Below are positions 38,936 through 47,950 of a stretch of DNA of 64,000 nucleotides, in pieces. Made by a program: the position numbers and the translations under genes. This DNA comes from a virus (Duplodnaviria; Caudoviricetes). The notes under the pieces were generated by a model that ran no database searches, had not been told where the DNA came from, and saw only the letters and a program-made list of their open reading frames with translations. The stretch's first letter is position 1. Each line of letters starts with the position of its first letter. The DNA is taken from the IMG/VR virus record IMGVR_UViG_3300042508_000526; one strand, 5' to 3'.

Positions 38936-39916
38936 TTATTCACCTGCGGCTGCGCCGCTGCTAAAGCTGTTCAATGCCGCCGGCCCGGCCAGCGCGCCTA
39001 GCAGCGGCAGACCTAAACCCACAAGACCGCCGCCGCGACGGGGTAACCGGCGCAGCGCCTGTCGCAGCTGCGCGCCCGTTAGCTTGCGGCCGGCAGTGCC
39101 GACGCCAGCAGCCGGTTCGGCGGCGATGGCAGTTAAAACGTTTGCCGCGTCATCTGCGTTGCGTCCAAAAAGGCCGCCAAAGAAGTTACCGCGAGCAGTA
39201 TTTCTCGCGGACTGTACGCGCCCCGCTACGGCAGACGGCGACGTAATACCGGCATCTTCTAGGTGCATGCCGACGTCGCGGGCAAGATGATCTTGTCCGC
39301 GCGCCAATGCCTGCAACCGGCCCATTAACGTTGGGTTGTTTACTGGCGGAGCGGCGCGGAGCCGATCTGTTAAATTTTCTGTGATTTTTGTAGCGCCGCT
39401 GGTTGAACGCAGGCTGTCAACGGTTGGCTGCAGTTGTTTGGCAATGGCTGGATCAGCTGCGAGCAGACGGTCTAACTTGCCGTGCGCGTCGATTGCATTG
39501 GCCACTTGCCGGCCGCCGTAAGCGCCAGCACCGGATGCCGCAAGGCCGGCGACTGCGTTAGCCGGGTTATTGTCGTACTTAGCTTCCGCTACAGCTGCAG
39601 GCGGTGTTGCCGGCGTTAGCAGCATGTTCTTTGCCGCCGTAGCCCCGAGTCCGCCGAGGCCGCCCATGAGTGCGTAGTCCAGCGTGGCGCGGCGCTTCTT
39701 CTTACCCTGCAGCATGCCAATAAGCCCACCAGCACCGGCGCCGATCAAGGCGTTTTGGGTGTACGGGCTGCTGAGCACGTCTTTCAGCTCAAGCGCCTCT
39801 TTTTCAAAGTGCAGATCAACTACAGCGGCAGCAAGTTTACTGCGTTCGGGCACCGGTTCGCCCAGCGCAATGCCGGACAGGCCACGAGCAAGTTGTTTTG
39901 CGTCATCTGTGTGCAT
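38936..39916 (-). CDS. Glycine-zipper head-associated protein (326 aa)
   Basis: ALIGAGAGGLIGML, ALMGGLGGLGA and GGGLVGLGLPLLGAL hydrophobic GxxxG segments; KLA and KEA motifs. Confidence 0.6.
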   Translation of the reverse strand: MHTDDAKQLARGLSGIALGEPVPERSKLAAAVVDLHFEKEALELKDVLSSPYTQNALIGAGAGGLIGMLQGKKKRRATLDYALMGGLGGLGATAAKNMLLTPATPPAAVAEAKYDNNPANAVAGLAASGAGAYGGRQVANAIDAHGKLDRLLAADPAIAKQLQPTVDSLRSTSGATKITENLTDRLRAAPPVNNPTLMGRLQALARGQDHLARDVGMHLEDAGITSPSAVAGRVQSARNTARGNFFGGLFGRNADDAANVLTAIAAEPAAGVGTAGRKLTGAQLRQALRRLPRRGGGLVGLGLPLLGALAGPAALNSFSSGAAAGE

Positions 39917-39925
39917 GGCTAAATC

Positions 39926-41305
39926 CTAGATCAGTTCGCGCGCCTTGGTTTGCGCTTCGAGGTTGGCCTTTAGACTTTCAGCGCGCAGCTTTTCCATCTC
40001 AATCATCTGCTTAACGTCGAAATCGGCGAGCTGACCAGCTTCTAACCGCTTGCGCAAAAGAGCCTGCATAGCCGCGCTAGATCCTGTGAAATTTGGCGCC
40101 ATCTCGGCAATTTGGTTATACGCGCTGGCCACTTCGTGCGGATCGTAACCCGAGATAACTGGGTCGTTTAAAATCAGATCATTTAACACGCCGCGCGACT
40201 TTATCTGCTGCAACCTGTTCTCATGATCAGAGTCCGAAATGCGCATGTATGCTTTTTCTTTTTGCGCTTTCGGGTCGCCTGCCGCATCCGCTTTCGCGAG
40301 GGCAGCTTGAGGGCCCATGATTTTGCCCATGTGCGAAATTACACCGCTATACGAGCCTAGCGGGGCCGGTTCGGGTTGCTCAGGTTTTTTTTTACCTTTA
40401 GCGGCGACGGCGGCCACTTTTAGGGCCAACGGCGCAGTTTTAGCGTCGTATAGAATTGAGCCAGTTACTACTTCCGGCGCAGCCTTCGGGGTTTGCGCAG
40501 AAGCCGTTTTTTGCGAAACGTTGCGCTGGGCGTCGTTGTACGCTGTAACGTCGCGCACTACCTGCTCGACTAACGTCACAACAGGCAACGTACCGAAGTA
40601 GTCGTTTTTCGTCGTAGCCTGTTTTGCTAGGTGCGGATAAACAGCCGCAACTTTCTGCAACACCGATACGCCGGTCTCGCCAAGACGCAAGCCGACTTCG
40701 CGCAGCGCATCGTTAAACGACATGTTGCCGGGCACACGGAAATACTCGCAGAGCTTTTCCATGCTCGCAGCAGCTTTCGAGTGCGCGGCGGTGGCCTGTC
40801 GCCGCAGTTCTTCAGCGGCGCGCTTTTCCGCGACGCGCTGGCTGTACTCGCGGCGAGCTGCGGACAGCTCATCACGCGGCGCGGGCGTCCACGTGCTGGC
40901 GGGCAACTCATACTTAGCCGCAGCCGCTTTTTGCTGCGCGGCAGCGCGACGACCAATAAAGCCGGCCGGCGACACAGCGTATTCTGTTGAAACTGTCGTG
41001 TCTTGGCGCAGCTCTGCTGACGTTTTAACTTGCGCCGGATACAGAGCAGCCATTACCTTATTCGCGTCGGCTAACTGAAAATCAGCCGCCTTCTCTACTG
41101 CGTCTTCGCCCTGTTCGCGCTGTTTGTTTGTGCGGCCTGTGTTGTACGCGTGCACCATAAGATTAATGTGCCCGGCGGGAACATTAGCGTCGCTGGCGCT
41201 TTTGATGATGGCGTCATTCGGCGACGCGCCATCGTTTACAAGTGACGCCGCGCGCTCAATTGCGCTGATCAGTTTCTGCTCAGCTTCTTTACTTAATGCC
41301 CGCAT
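39926..41305 (-). CDS. Helical head-associated protein (459 aa; start moved to ATG 41305)
   Basis: GGAG RBS; multiple K-x-A motifs. Confidence 0.65.
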   Translation of the reverse strand: MRALSKEAEQKLISAIERAASLVNDGASPNDAIIKSASDANVPAGHINLMVHAYNTGRTNKQREQGEDAVEKAADFQLADANKVMAALYPAQVKTSAELRQDTTVSTEYAVSPAGFIGRRAAAQQKAAAAKYELPASTWTPAPRDELSAARREYSQRVAEKRAAEELRRQATAAHSKAAASMEKLCEYFRVPGNMSFNDALREVGLRLGETGVSVLQKVAAVYPHLAKQATTKNDYFGTLPVVTLVEQVVRDVTAYNDAQRNVSQKTASAQTPKAAPEVVTGSILYDAKTAPLALKVAAVAAKGKKKPEQPEPAPLGSYSGVISHMGKIMGPQAALAKADAAGDPKAQKEKAYMRISDSDHENRLQQIKSRGVLNDLILNDPVISGYDPHEVASAYNQIAEMAPNFTGSSAAMQALLRKRLEAGQLADFDVKQMIEMEKLRAESLKANLEAQTKARELI

Positions 41306-42236
41306 TGTTAATCTCCGGATAATGCAAAGCTTCGATGGTTGTTTGGTTATCCAACTTCCCGCCGACAGCCACAACCATTAGTTCATCGTTTCTTAATTCA
41401 GCGGCGTTATTATCATAAGGTAACATTTTTCTGGCTTCGGAATCTAGCTTTGTACCGACGCCAAACGGCAGCGACGAGAGCATTGCGCCTATATTTTCAA
41501 CAATTGTGGTGTGGGCTTTGCTCGCGTTGTCCGTGTTCCGCTCGATCTCGACATATTTTACAAAAGAATCGATTAGCGGTAACTGGGTATGAGTATTAAC
41601 TGGCACGCTGAGGCTGGCAAGGGCGGCTTTGTACTTCATGCAGCTAACCGCCATGTCCTGAAAGTAACTAGAAACGCCGTCCGGCCCTTCTGGCCGCGGA
41701 ATTGCGCCAAATTTATTTATCACCGCATCAATGACATGCGTGCCGCCACGAAACCCCAGCAATTTCCACAGTAAGTCGTAGTGCCGCTCCTGAAGCCCGC
41801 GCGTCACCGCCTCAGCCATGATTACATTTTGCACGTAATCCATGTTGTCGAGCTTTTCGCGCACGTCGAAAAACGTGTTGATATAAGCGGCGATTACCTC
41901 TGTTTTTGTGCCAACGCGTTGAGCGATTTCTTCGTCCGTCTGCCCCGCCAAAACACGCGCCTCGATTCCCCAGCGTGTTGGCGTTTTATCTTCACTCCAA
42001 ATTGTGTGCGCCCAGTACAGGTCGGGGTCTCGGTGAAGGATGGCGTAAAGAGACTGCGGGCGATTGTTTGCGCGCTCAAAGTGCCGTTTAAGCGTCACGG
42101 CACGGCGAATCCATTTAAAACCGTCCGGCCCGTCGATTGTCCGTGACGCGCGAAAACCACCGCTATCAATTTCAATCGCGCGCAGCCACCTCCAGTTTGG
42201 CGCGCGGCGCGGACTGTCGCGTAACGAGTTGTTCAT
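41289..42236 (-). CDS. Hypothetical protein with HTH-like segment (315 aa)
   Basis: IEARVLAGQTDEEIAQRVGTKTEVIAAY. Confidence 0.55.
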   Translation of the reverse strand: MNNSLRDSPRRAPNWRWLRAIEIDSGGFRASRTIDGPDGFKWIRRAVTLKRHFERANNRPQSLYAILHRDPDLYWAHTIWSEDKTPTRWGIEARVLAGQTDEEIAQRVGTKTEVIAAYINTFFDVREKLDNMDYVQNVIMAEAVTRGLQERHYDLLWKLLGFRGGTHVIDAVINKFGAIPRPEGPDGVSSYFQDMAVSCMKYKAALASLSVPVNTHTQLPLIDSFVKYVEIERNTDNASKAHTTIVENIGAMLSSLPFGVGTKLDSEARKMLPYDNNAAELRNDELMVVAVGGKLDNQTTIEALHYPEINNAGIK

Positions 42237-42620
42237 TTAGCGCAGCGTCGGGGTGTCGACCGTGACCGAAAACACGAGCGTCTTCGTGGCGGCCGGAGTA
42301 ATTTTCAAATACAAATAACGCTGCGGATTTGTCGGCGTGCCGTCTCGGTTTAAATACGATACGTCTAAGTCGTTTTTGAACGGCGTCGACTGATCAAACG
42401 ACAGCACTTTAAAAGTGTCTGCGGGTAATGTGCTATTTGGCGCCTTATCTTGCTTGCTCGAATACAGCGTCGCAGAGAAGTTGCCAGTAGCCCCGCCGGC
42501 AGCCTCAACAAGGCTATACCCGCGCAATACGGCGCGATGCGGCATCGGCACGGCAATTGTGTTAGCTTGCCCGCCAGTGGCTTCAAATGTAACGCTGCCA
42601 GACCAAACTGTACTTGGCAT
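42237..42620 (-). CDS. Small beta-sandwich virion protein (127 aa)
   Basis: Alternating beta pattern; AGGTGA RBS. Confidence 0.55.
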   Translation of the reverse strand: MPSTVWSGSVTFEATGGQANTIAVPMPHRAVLRGYSLVEAAGGATGNFSATLYSSKQDKAPNSTLPADTFKVLSFDQSTPFKNDLDVSYLNRDGTPTNPQRYLYLKITPAATKTLVFSVTVDTPTLR

Positions 42621-42629
42621 ATTTCACCT

Positions 42630-45008
42630 TTAGACGTTTGCAACAGCGCTAAGATCAACGTTTTGCGCCGCTTCTTCGGGATACGGTTCAACGGTTTTTT
42701 GCTTAAGGAACAGGATCACGTCGCCCAGCATTTCAAACGCGTTGCGCAGCGAATCCTCAAGCTCGGGCATGTCGGCTTTGCCGTAACGCTCAGCAAACCG
42801 ATCGCCGTGCCAGTAAAACATAAACAGGATACGGCCCAGCTTGTCGAGCCCCTTTGTCAGTTCGCCCATATACCGATCGACCAACGAGTCATCGCGGACG
42901 GCGCGCAGCATCGAACCGACCATGGCCGTGTCAAACACTTCACGCTGCCCGCTCTGCGCGGCGTCGATGACGGACCGCACATCCTTTTGGTCAAACATCG
43001 GGTTGGGGTTGTAAATCTGCCGATCCGTGTTGCTGGCGCTCATGCCAGATACCGGCAAGCCAACGTCGATGCCAAGCTGCGTCGGCACGCTTGTACCCAT
43101 GATGCTTTCGCCGCCCATAACGGCACCCGGATCAGACGGCGCGTTCGGCGCGCTGTTCACAAGCATCGGCCCGCCATACGGATCAGCGTACTTCACGCGG
43201 CACTCAAACTTACGTTTCGCGGAAGCCTGCTTTAAGATCTCGCGGGCAGCTTCTTCACGCAGACCGTGATGCTCAACAAGCGTAACGAGCGCTTTGATCG
43301 GGCTGACCGCCGCGGCTTTGTTAATCGTGACTTCGGTGCCGGTGTGGTACACCGTCAGCGACGCTGTCTTCTGGAACAACGCCAGTTGCGCGTCAACAAG
43401 ATTGCCGGGCTGCAGAGCCGGCGGATCACTCTCGCCGCAACCGCAGGCGCTTTGATCTTCGGCTGTTTCCTTGTCGTCTTCTCCGCGGCTGACGTTCAAC
43501 AGCTTAAAGCCTTCGGGGACAAAGATGTCGCCCATGCTCGCCCGCAGGCTGGAGCCCTTCTTGCCGTTTAAATGCAGACGGACACCGTCGCGCCACTTGT
43601 CGTAGTTTAACGGGTCGTTGTAGCAGCAGGGCGAAATCGTGCCTTTCGGCGGATACTTGGAGTGATCTTCTAGATGCACTTCGTAGCATGTATCGCCGTC
43701 GCCTTTGCCGTATTCTTTGATAACACGAAACGGCGCGGTTGTGTCACCGCGTCGGCTCAGCGCTACATAACGGCTCGACTTGTTCGGAACACTGTTGGCG
43801 TCGGGCAGGCCATCAAACCACTTGTCGAACTCTTCGCCTTCGATCCGCGATAGCGCAAAGACCTGATCGGCACGGGTGTTAAGCCAGTTACGCGCGCCCT
43901 CGACGCGAATAACGGTCACAAAGTTTTCGCGCTTTGCGGCACCCTGCGGATGAACGGCGACATAGCAGCGCTCAACTCCACCCGGCTTGACCAGAATCTC
44001 GTACAGCCCGCTCTCGGTCGGGTTAAACAGTTTCTTTTCGACTTGGATATGATACGGTACCGATACGTTATCACGATCACGCTGGTCGAGAATCAGTACG
44101 CCGTCGCGCAGCAGCTTTTCTTGATCTTCTTCCGTATGGCCAGCCGGCAGCTTGGTCTGCACTGTGGCGTCATACGTGATAACTTTCAGTCCCGTTGCCG
44201 ATTCGGGCTTTTCGGGTGCTTCTGAAAGTACGCTCGCTACTTTCGGCTGATTTTCGCGCGCCTTGGCCGACGCGATAGCTTGCTTAATAACATCTAGCCC
44301 GTGGAACTCGTCGATAGCCGCGGCAATTTGCGGCGCATGCTTGCAGGTGTTAACAAGCGTGCTGATCATTTGCAGACCAGCTTCTTTGAGCAAAAACGTT
44401 TTTAGATTCAGCGCGTCGCCAATTTCTTTAAACGTCTGTTCGGTGTTCAGGGTTGCCGACTTCGCAAACGCACCGATGGCGGCGGCCATCATCTCTTTGA
44501 GCGTCGGCTGCGCCGATCCAAACTTTGCCGGGCTCCGCGACAGCTGCGTAAAGTCTGGCTGGCGCTGACCAAGCCGCGACAACGACCGGTCGACGCCGCT
44601 ACCGAGAATGTTCGGCTTGCGGTTGATTAGATAATTAATCCAGTTTTCCTTGAGCGGCACGAACATGTCCTGATTCTTGATGTACAGGAGTTCGTGGCCC
44701 TTGAGGTCGCCATTGAGGAAGAATACCGGCGCATACAGCCAGTTAGAGCCGACCTTAAACGCAAAGACGCCAACGGCCTTTGTGTTTTCTTTGTTGCGGT
44801 CGAGAAGCTGGAAACCGATTTCGTGGTCGAGCAGTTTGGGCGCTGAGTCGCGCAGATAGGCGTGCGCCAAGTTGCTAAACGACTGCTCAAAGGACGTGTC
44901 GTCGCCTTTTCCGCCGAGATCAGCATATTTGGTTTGCGTGCGATCGTACGACCGCATTACGTTTAACCAATGCTTTACAGACGACTCTTTAGCTTTTTTG
45001 TTGTACAC
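42630..45008 (-). CDS. Large head-associated protein (792 aa; start moved to GTG 45008)
   Basis: GGAGG 6 nt upstream of GTG; K-x-A motifs (KYA, KSA, KEA, KTA, KAA, KQA, KYA) separate apparent domains. Confidence 0.65.
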   Translation of the reverse strand: MYNKKAKESSVKHWLNVMRSYDRTQTKYADLGGKGDDTSFEQSFSNLAHAYLRDSAPKLLDHEIGFQLLDRNKENTKAVGVFAFKVGSNWLYAPVFFLNGDLKGHELLYIKNQDMFVPLKENWINYLINRKPNILGSGVDRSLSRLGQRQPDFTQLSRSPAKFGSAQPTLKEMMAAAIGAFAKSATLNTEQTFKEIGDALNLKTFLLKEAGLQMISTLVNTCKHAPQIAAAIDEFHGLDVIKQAIASAKARENQPKVASVLSEAPEKPESATGLKVITYDATVQTKLPAGHTEEDQEKLLRDGVLILDQRDRDNVSVPYHIQVEKKLFNPTESGLYEILVKPGGVERCYVAVHPQGAAKRENFVTVIRVEGARNWLNTRADQVFALSRIEGEEFDKWFDGLPDANSVPNKSSRYVALSRRGDTTAPFRVIKEYGKGDGDTCYEVHLEDHSKYPPKGTISPCCYNDPLNYDKWRDGVRLHLNGKKGSSLRASMGDIFVPEGFKLLNVSRGEDDKETAEDQSACGCGESDPPALQPGNLVDAQLALFQKTASLTVYHTGTEVTINKAAAVSPIKALVTLVEHHGLREEAAREILKQASAKRKFECRVKYADPYGGPMLVNSAPNAPSDPGAVMGGESIMGTSVPTQLGIDVGLPVSGMSASNTDRQIYNPNPMFDQKDVRSVIDAAQSGQREVFDTAMVGSMLRAVRDDSLVDRYMGELTKGLDKLGRILFMFYWHGDRFAERYGKADMPELEDSLRNAFEMLGDVILFLKQKTVEPYPEEAAQNVDLSAVANV

Positions 45009-45088
45009 GGCCAGCCTCCATGCGGCACACAATTAACAAACCGCTGTAATTTACCGACTTGCGGTCCCTATATCGTACAAAAACTAGC

Positions 45089-46969
45089 TCAGGGCTTCCA
45101 CCCGCTAGTTGTACCCGTCACGCCAAACTGCTCGCCTTGGGCTAAAGACGGCACATAACTGCTGCCGGCTGTATCGCTACTTAACCCCCGGTGAACGCTA
45201 TTCATAAGCCCCTTTTCCTGATATGAGCCCAGCATTCGGGTCATCCAGTCAGGGTCGTTCGAAATGTTTGCCATGCCGCGCACCATTTCGGGTTGGAACG
45301 GCGGCGGCTCTTTGTGGGCTTGTATGTTTTTAATTCCGTACTTATTCAGGTTGTTCAATACCCCGCGCCCGATTTTTGTGCCGATCGAGTAGTGCAGCAC
45401 CGGTTTTTCGAGGTAATGGCCTGTTAGCGTTTGCGGGGCGCCAGCCACACTACCTTCACGCGGCGTCCAGTTTCTCTCCAACATCGCGTACGGCACAATG
45501 TCGTCCGGCGCATAATTCCCGTACTCGTCTGTGAGGCGCACGTGATTTACAAGTCCGCGGGATAGCAGCTCAATATTGCGGCGATGCGCTCCGATGCCGC
45601 TATTACCCATAACTTGGCGCATAGCTTGCACAAAATAGCGCCGCCCTTCGCCGATACCCTTGTGCTTTACGATTTCCGACGGATTCGGCATTCCGTCAGA
45701 TAGAACGTCGCCAGCCTCCAGATCATCACCCTTTTTGATCGCCAACGATCTTTCCGTCGGCACATAATGATCTTGGCCGTTAATTTGCACGTAGTATCCG
45801 CCCTGCGGAGCCGGCCTGATTTCTTGCACGCGGCCATCAGTTTGGGCGTGTGCGGCGCCGTCCGGGTATTTCTTCGGGACCTGTACAAGGGCGTTGAGCG
45901 CTTTAAAACCCGAGATTGCGCCAGCGCCTCCGACGCCGCCAGAGTGTTTCGAGCTAATCTGGCTCTGTGTGACAGGTTCAGACAGCGCTTGGGCCGCAGC
46001 GATACCCACATAATCTCCAGCCGGCGGTAAACGGCCTTTTTCTCTAAAACCGACATCGCGCGCGTATACGCCGCCATCAGCCGGGCCTCCTACGATTGGG
46101 CTACGCACAAGAATATCTTTTGTGCCCATCTCTTTGATGTCGCGCAGGATCTTGGGCGTTAATACGGTGTTGCGCTTGTACGGCCCGACAGGACGCGCAA
46201 GTAACGCGCCTTCGTTGTCCGGGTCGTCAACATCGGTCGGATAACCACGCTCTAGCGCATCAGCTTTTCGGTCTTCATCATCGTCGTCATCGTCGTCGGC
46301 CGTGACCAGCAAACGATGCGTCATCTGCGCGAGCTGTTTACCGTAGAAACCAGCGTCCGCAGTCGCCGTCTTAAGATCGATAACACCTTTGCGCGTGCCG
46401 AAAGCGCCGGCAAAATACTCGACAGGTCGTAGCCCCTGCCCGTAGCCGCGAAGAACGGGAATTGGAATTGGATCGCCGCGGTGATCCAGATACTGCATGT
46501 CTGCGCCGATCAGCGAATTCAATTGATATTTATTGCCAACGCCAGAGCCAGTGATTTGATGCACAAGCGGATTGTCTTGCGACTCGGCTTCTTTGTACAC
46601 CTTGTCGAGTAGTTCCGACTGCGTGTTAGCGGCTAATTCCAGCAGTTTTACTTGCTTTTCTTTGTCGCCCAATTTCTTGTTCGACAAGATTTCTTGCATT
46701 GCGTGCTGCGTGCGGATCTGCGCCGCTTTAACGGCCAATGTCGGCCGAATGTGCTTCAGGCTAAACGACAGCCCTGCGCTAGAATATCCCGCGTCCTTGC
46801 CGACGTCGTGCAGCCGCTTCATTACATCCCGGTACTTGTCGGGATGCTTTTGTGCTAGCTCAGTGGCTAGCGCGCCCATGCTTTTCTTGGTTAATACCCG
46901 ATCGTAATCCCGCATTTCTGGCGGGAGCGCGTCGTTAATCAGGATTTGACCAAGCGTTGTTTTAAGCAT
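45089..46969 (-). CDS. rpoC: RNA polymerase beta' subunit, C-terminal half (626 aa; start moved to ATG 46969)
   Basis: TTLGQILIN; bridge helix FGTRKGVIDLKTATADAGF; trigger loop AAQALSEPVTQSQISSKHSGG; HRRNIELLSRGL; WMTRMLGSYQEKGL. Confidence 0.92.
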   Translation of the reverse strand: MLKTTLGQILINDALPPEMRDYDRVLTKKSMGALATELAQKHPDKYRDVMKRLHDVGKDAGYSSAGLSFSLKHIRPTLAVKAAQIRTQHAMQEILSNKKLGDKEKQVKLLELAANTQSELLDKVYKEAESQDNPLVHQITGSGVGNKYQLNSLIGADMQYLDHRGDPIPIPVLRGYGQGLRPVEYFAGAFGTRKGVIDLKTATADAGFYGKQLAQMTHRLLVTADDDDDDDEDRKADALERGYPTDVDDPDNEGALLARPVGPYKRNTVLTPKILRDIKEMGTKDILVRSPIVGGPADGGVYARDVGFREKGRLPPAGDYVGIAAAQALSEPVTQSQISSKHSGGVGGAGAISGFKALNALVQVPKKYPDGAAHAQTDGRVQEIRPAPQGGYYVQINGQDHYVPTERSLAIKKGDDLEAGDVLSDGMPNPSEIVKHKGIGEGRRYFVQAMRQVMGNSGIGAHRRNIELLSRGLVNHVRLTDEYGNYAPDDIVPYAMLERNWTPREGSVAGAPQTLTGHYLEKPVLHYSIGTKIGRGVLNNLNKYGIKNIQAHKEPPPFQPEMVRGMANISNDPDWMTRMLGSYQEKGLMNSVHRGLSSDTAGSSYVPSLAQGEQFGVTGTTSGWKP

Positions 46970-46970
46970 G

Positions 46971-47210
46971 TTACTTTGGCCAGATAATTTGCTGCATTGG
47001 CTTTGGCTTGAAATCAGATACGACAACCGTTTTTTCGATGCCAAGCGCCCGCAACATCGAATGGAAATCTGGCTCACCCGGCGTGGAATACACGATCGCT
47101 TCGTCTACTTGAATAGCGACGAAGATCGGATTGCCCAGATCGTCTTCAACTACAACACTGTGCGCTTTCTGCTCAGTAGGTTGTAATTTGTGCTGCGTTT
47201 TAACGAGCAT
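46971..47210 (-). CDS. Hypothetical protein (79 aa) between the RNAP genes
   Basis: Coupled to both neighbours (TAACATG to rpoC-C). Confidence 0.65.
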   Translation of the reverse strand: MLVKTQHKLQPTEQKAHSVVVEDDLGNPIFVAIQVDEAIVYSTPGEPDFHSMLRALGIEKTVVVSDFKPKPMQQIIWPK

Positions 47211-47928
47211 TGCCGTTGAGACTCCGAACCATTGCAGCTATAGCGTTTGCTTTAATCTGCATGTCGGTCGGCTCATCGGGATTTTGCCGGTCAACGGGAT
47301 GCCCGATATACGACGCCGACTTTGTTTCAGTCTGCTGCCACCACGCAGCCTTCGCGTTGGGATCGGGTTGTGGCGCATTGGGCGGAAGCGGACCGCCGGG
47401 AGGAAGCGGACCACCGGGCGGCTGCATACCGCCGCCTTGTGCGTTCGGGTCTTGCGGCGGCGGTGCCATCGGTCCGCCGGGCAGCGCTGTCTCAGCCGGC
47501 GGGGCACCTGTCGTTCCCGGGGGCAGCACAAGTGACTCCGGCGGAACTTGAACACCCATCGCGTTCATAATCGCGGTGAGCTGCTGCTGCATGTTGTAAA
47601 GCCGGTAGTCGAGCATCTGCATCATTTGCTCGGGCTTGAGTTTCTGCTGAGTGGCTGGAGCCATCCCCGGTGCCGCCGGGGCGGCAGGCGCAGCTGGCAT
47701 CGCGGGAGGAGCGGCACCCATCGCAGCCGGATCTACCGGCGCGGCACCACCAGCCATCATGGCCGGATCGGCAGGGGGCGCAGCTGCGGCTGCCGCGGGA
47801 TCAGCCGCCGGATCTACCGGCGGTGCACCACCTGCGGCGGCCGGATCAACGGCGGCACCGGGGACGAAAGCGGCTTTTTCAAATCGCGCTTTTGCAAGCG
47901 CAATTAATTCTGGATTGACTGTAAACAT
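47200..47928 (-). CDS. Pro/Ala/Gly-rich disordered protein with central helix (242 aa; start moved to ATG 47928)
   Basis: GGAGG RBS; PPVDPAA and GGPLPP repeats; QMMQMLDYRLYNMQQQL helix. Confidence 0.65.
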   Translation of the reverse strand: MFTVNPELIALAKARFEKAAFVPGAAVDPAAAGGAPPVDPAADPAAAAAAPPADPAMMAGGAAPVDPAAMGAAPPAMPAAPAAPAAPGMAPATQQKLKPEQMMQMLDYRLYNMQQQLTAIMNAMGVQVPPESLVLPPGTTGAPPAETALPGGPMAPPPQDPNAQGGGMQPPGGPLPPGGPLPPNAPQPDPNAKAAWWQQTETKSASYIGHPVDRQNPDEPTDMQIKANAIAAMVRSLNGNAR

Positions 47929-47950
47929 GTGACCTCCGTGTGCGCCAAAG

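Noticed and set aside
46971-47210. 79-aa ORF (and the FVLTRKE segment of 53977-54468) as a phage CsrA homologue
   Set aside because: Both lack the MLxLxRKxGE...V.LGI.AP...HREE pattern; no CsrA was found in this window.
47351-47420. 18-bp tandem-like DNA repeat
   Set aside because: Simply encodes GGPLPP repeats of the Pro-rich protein.
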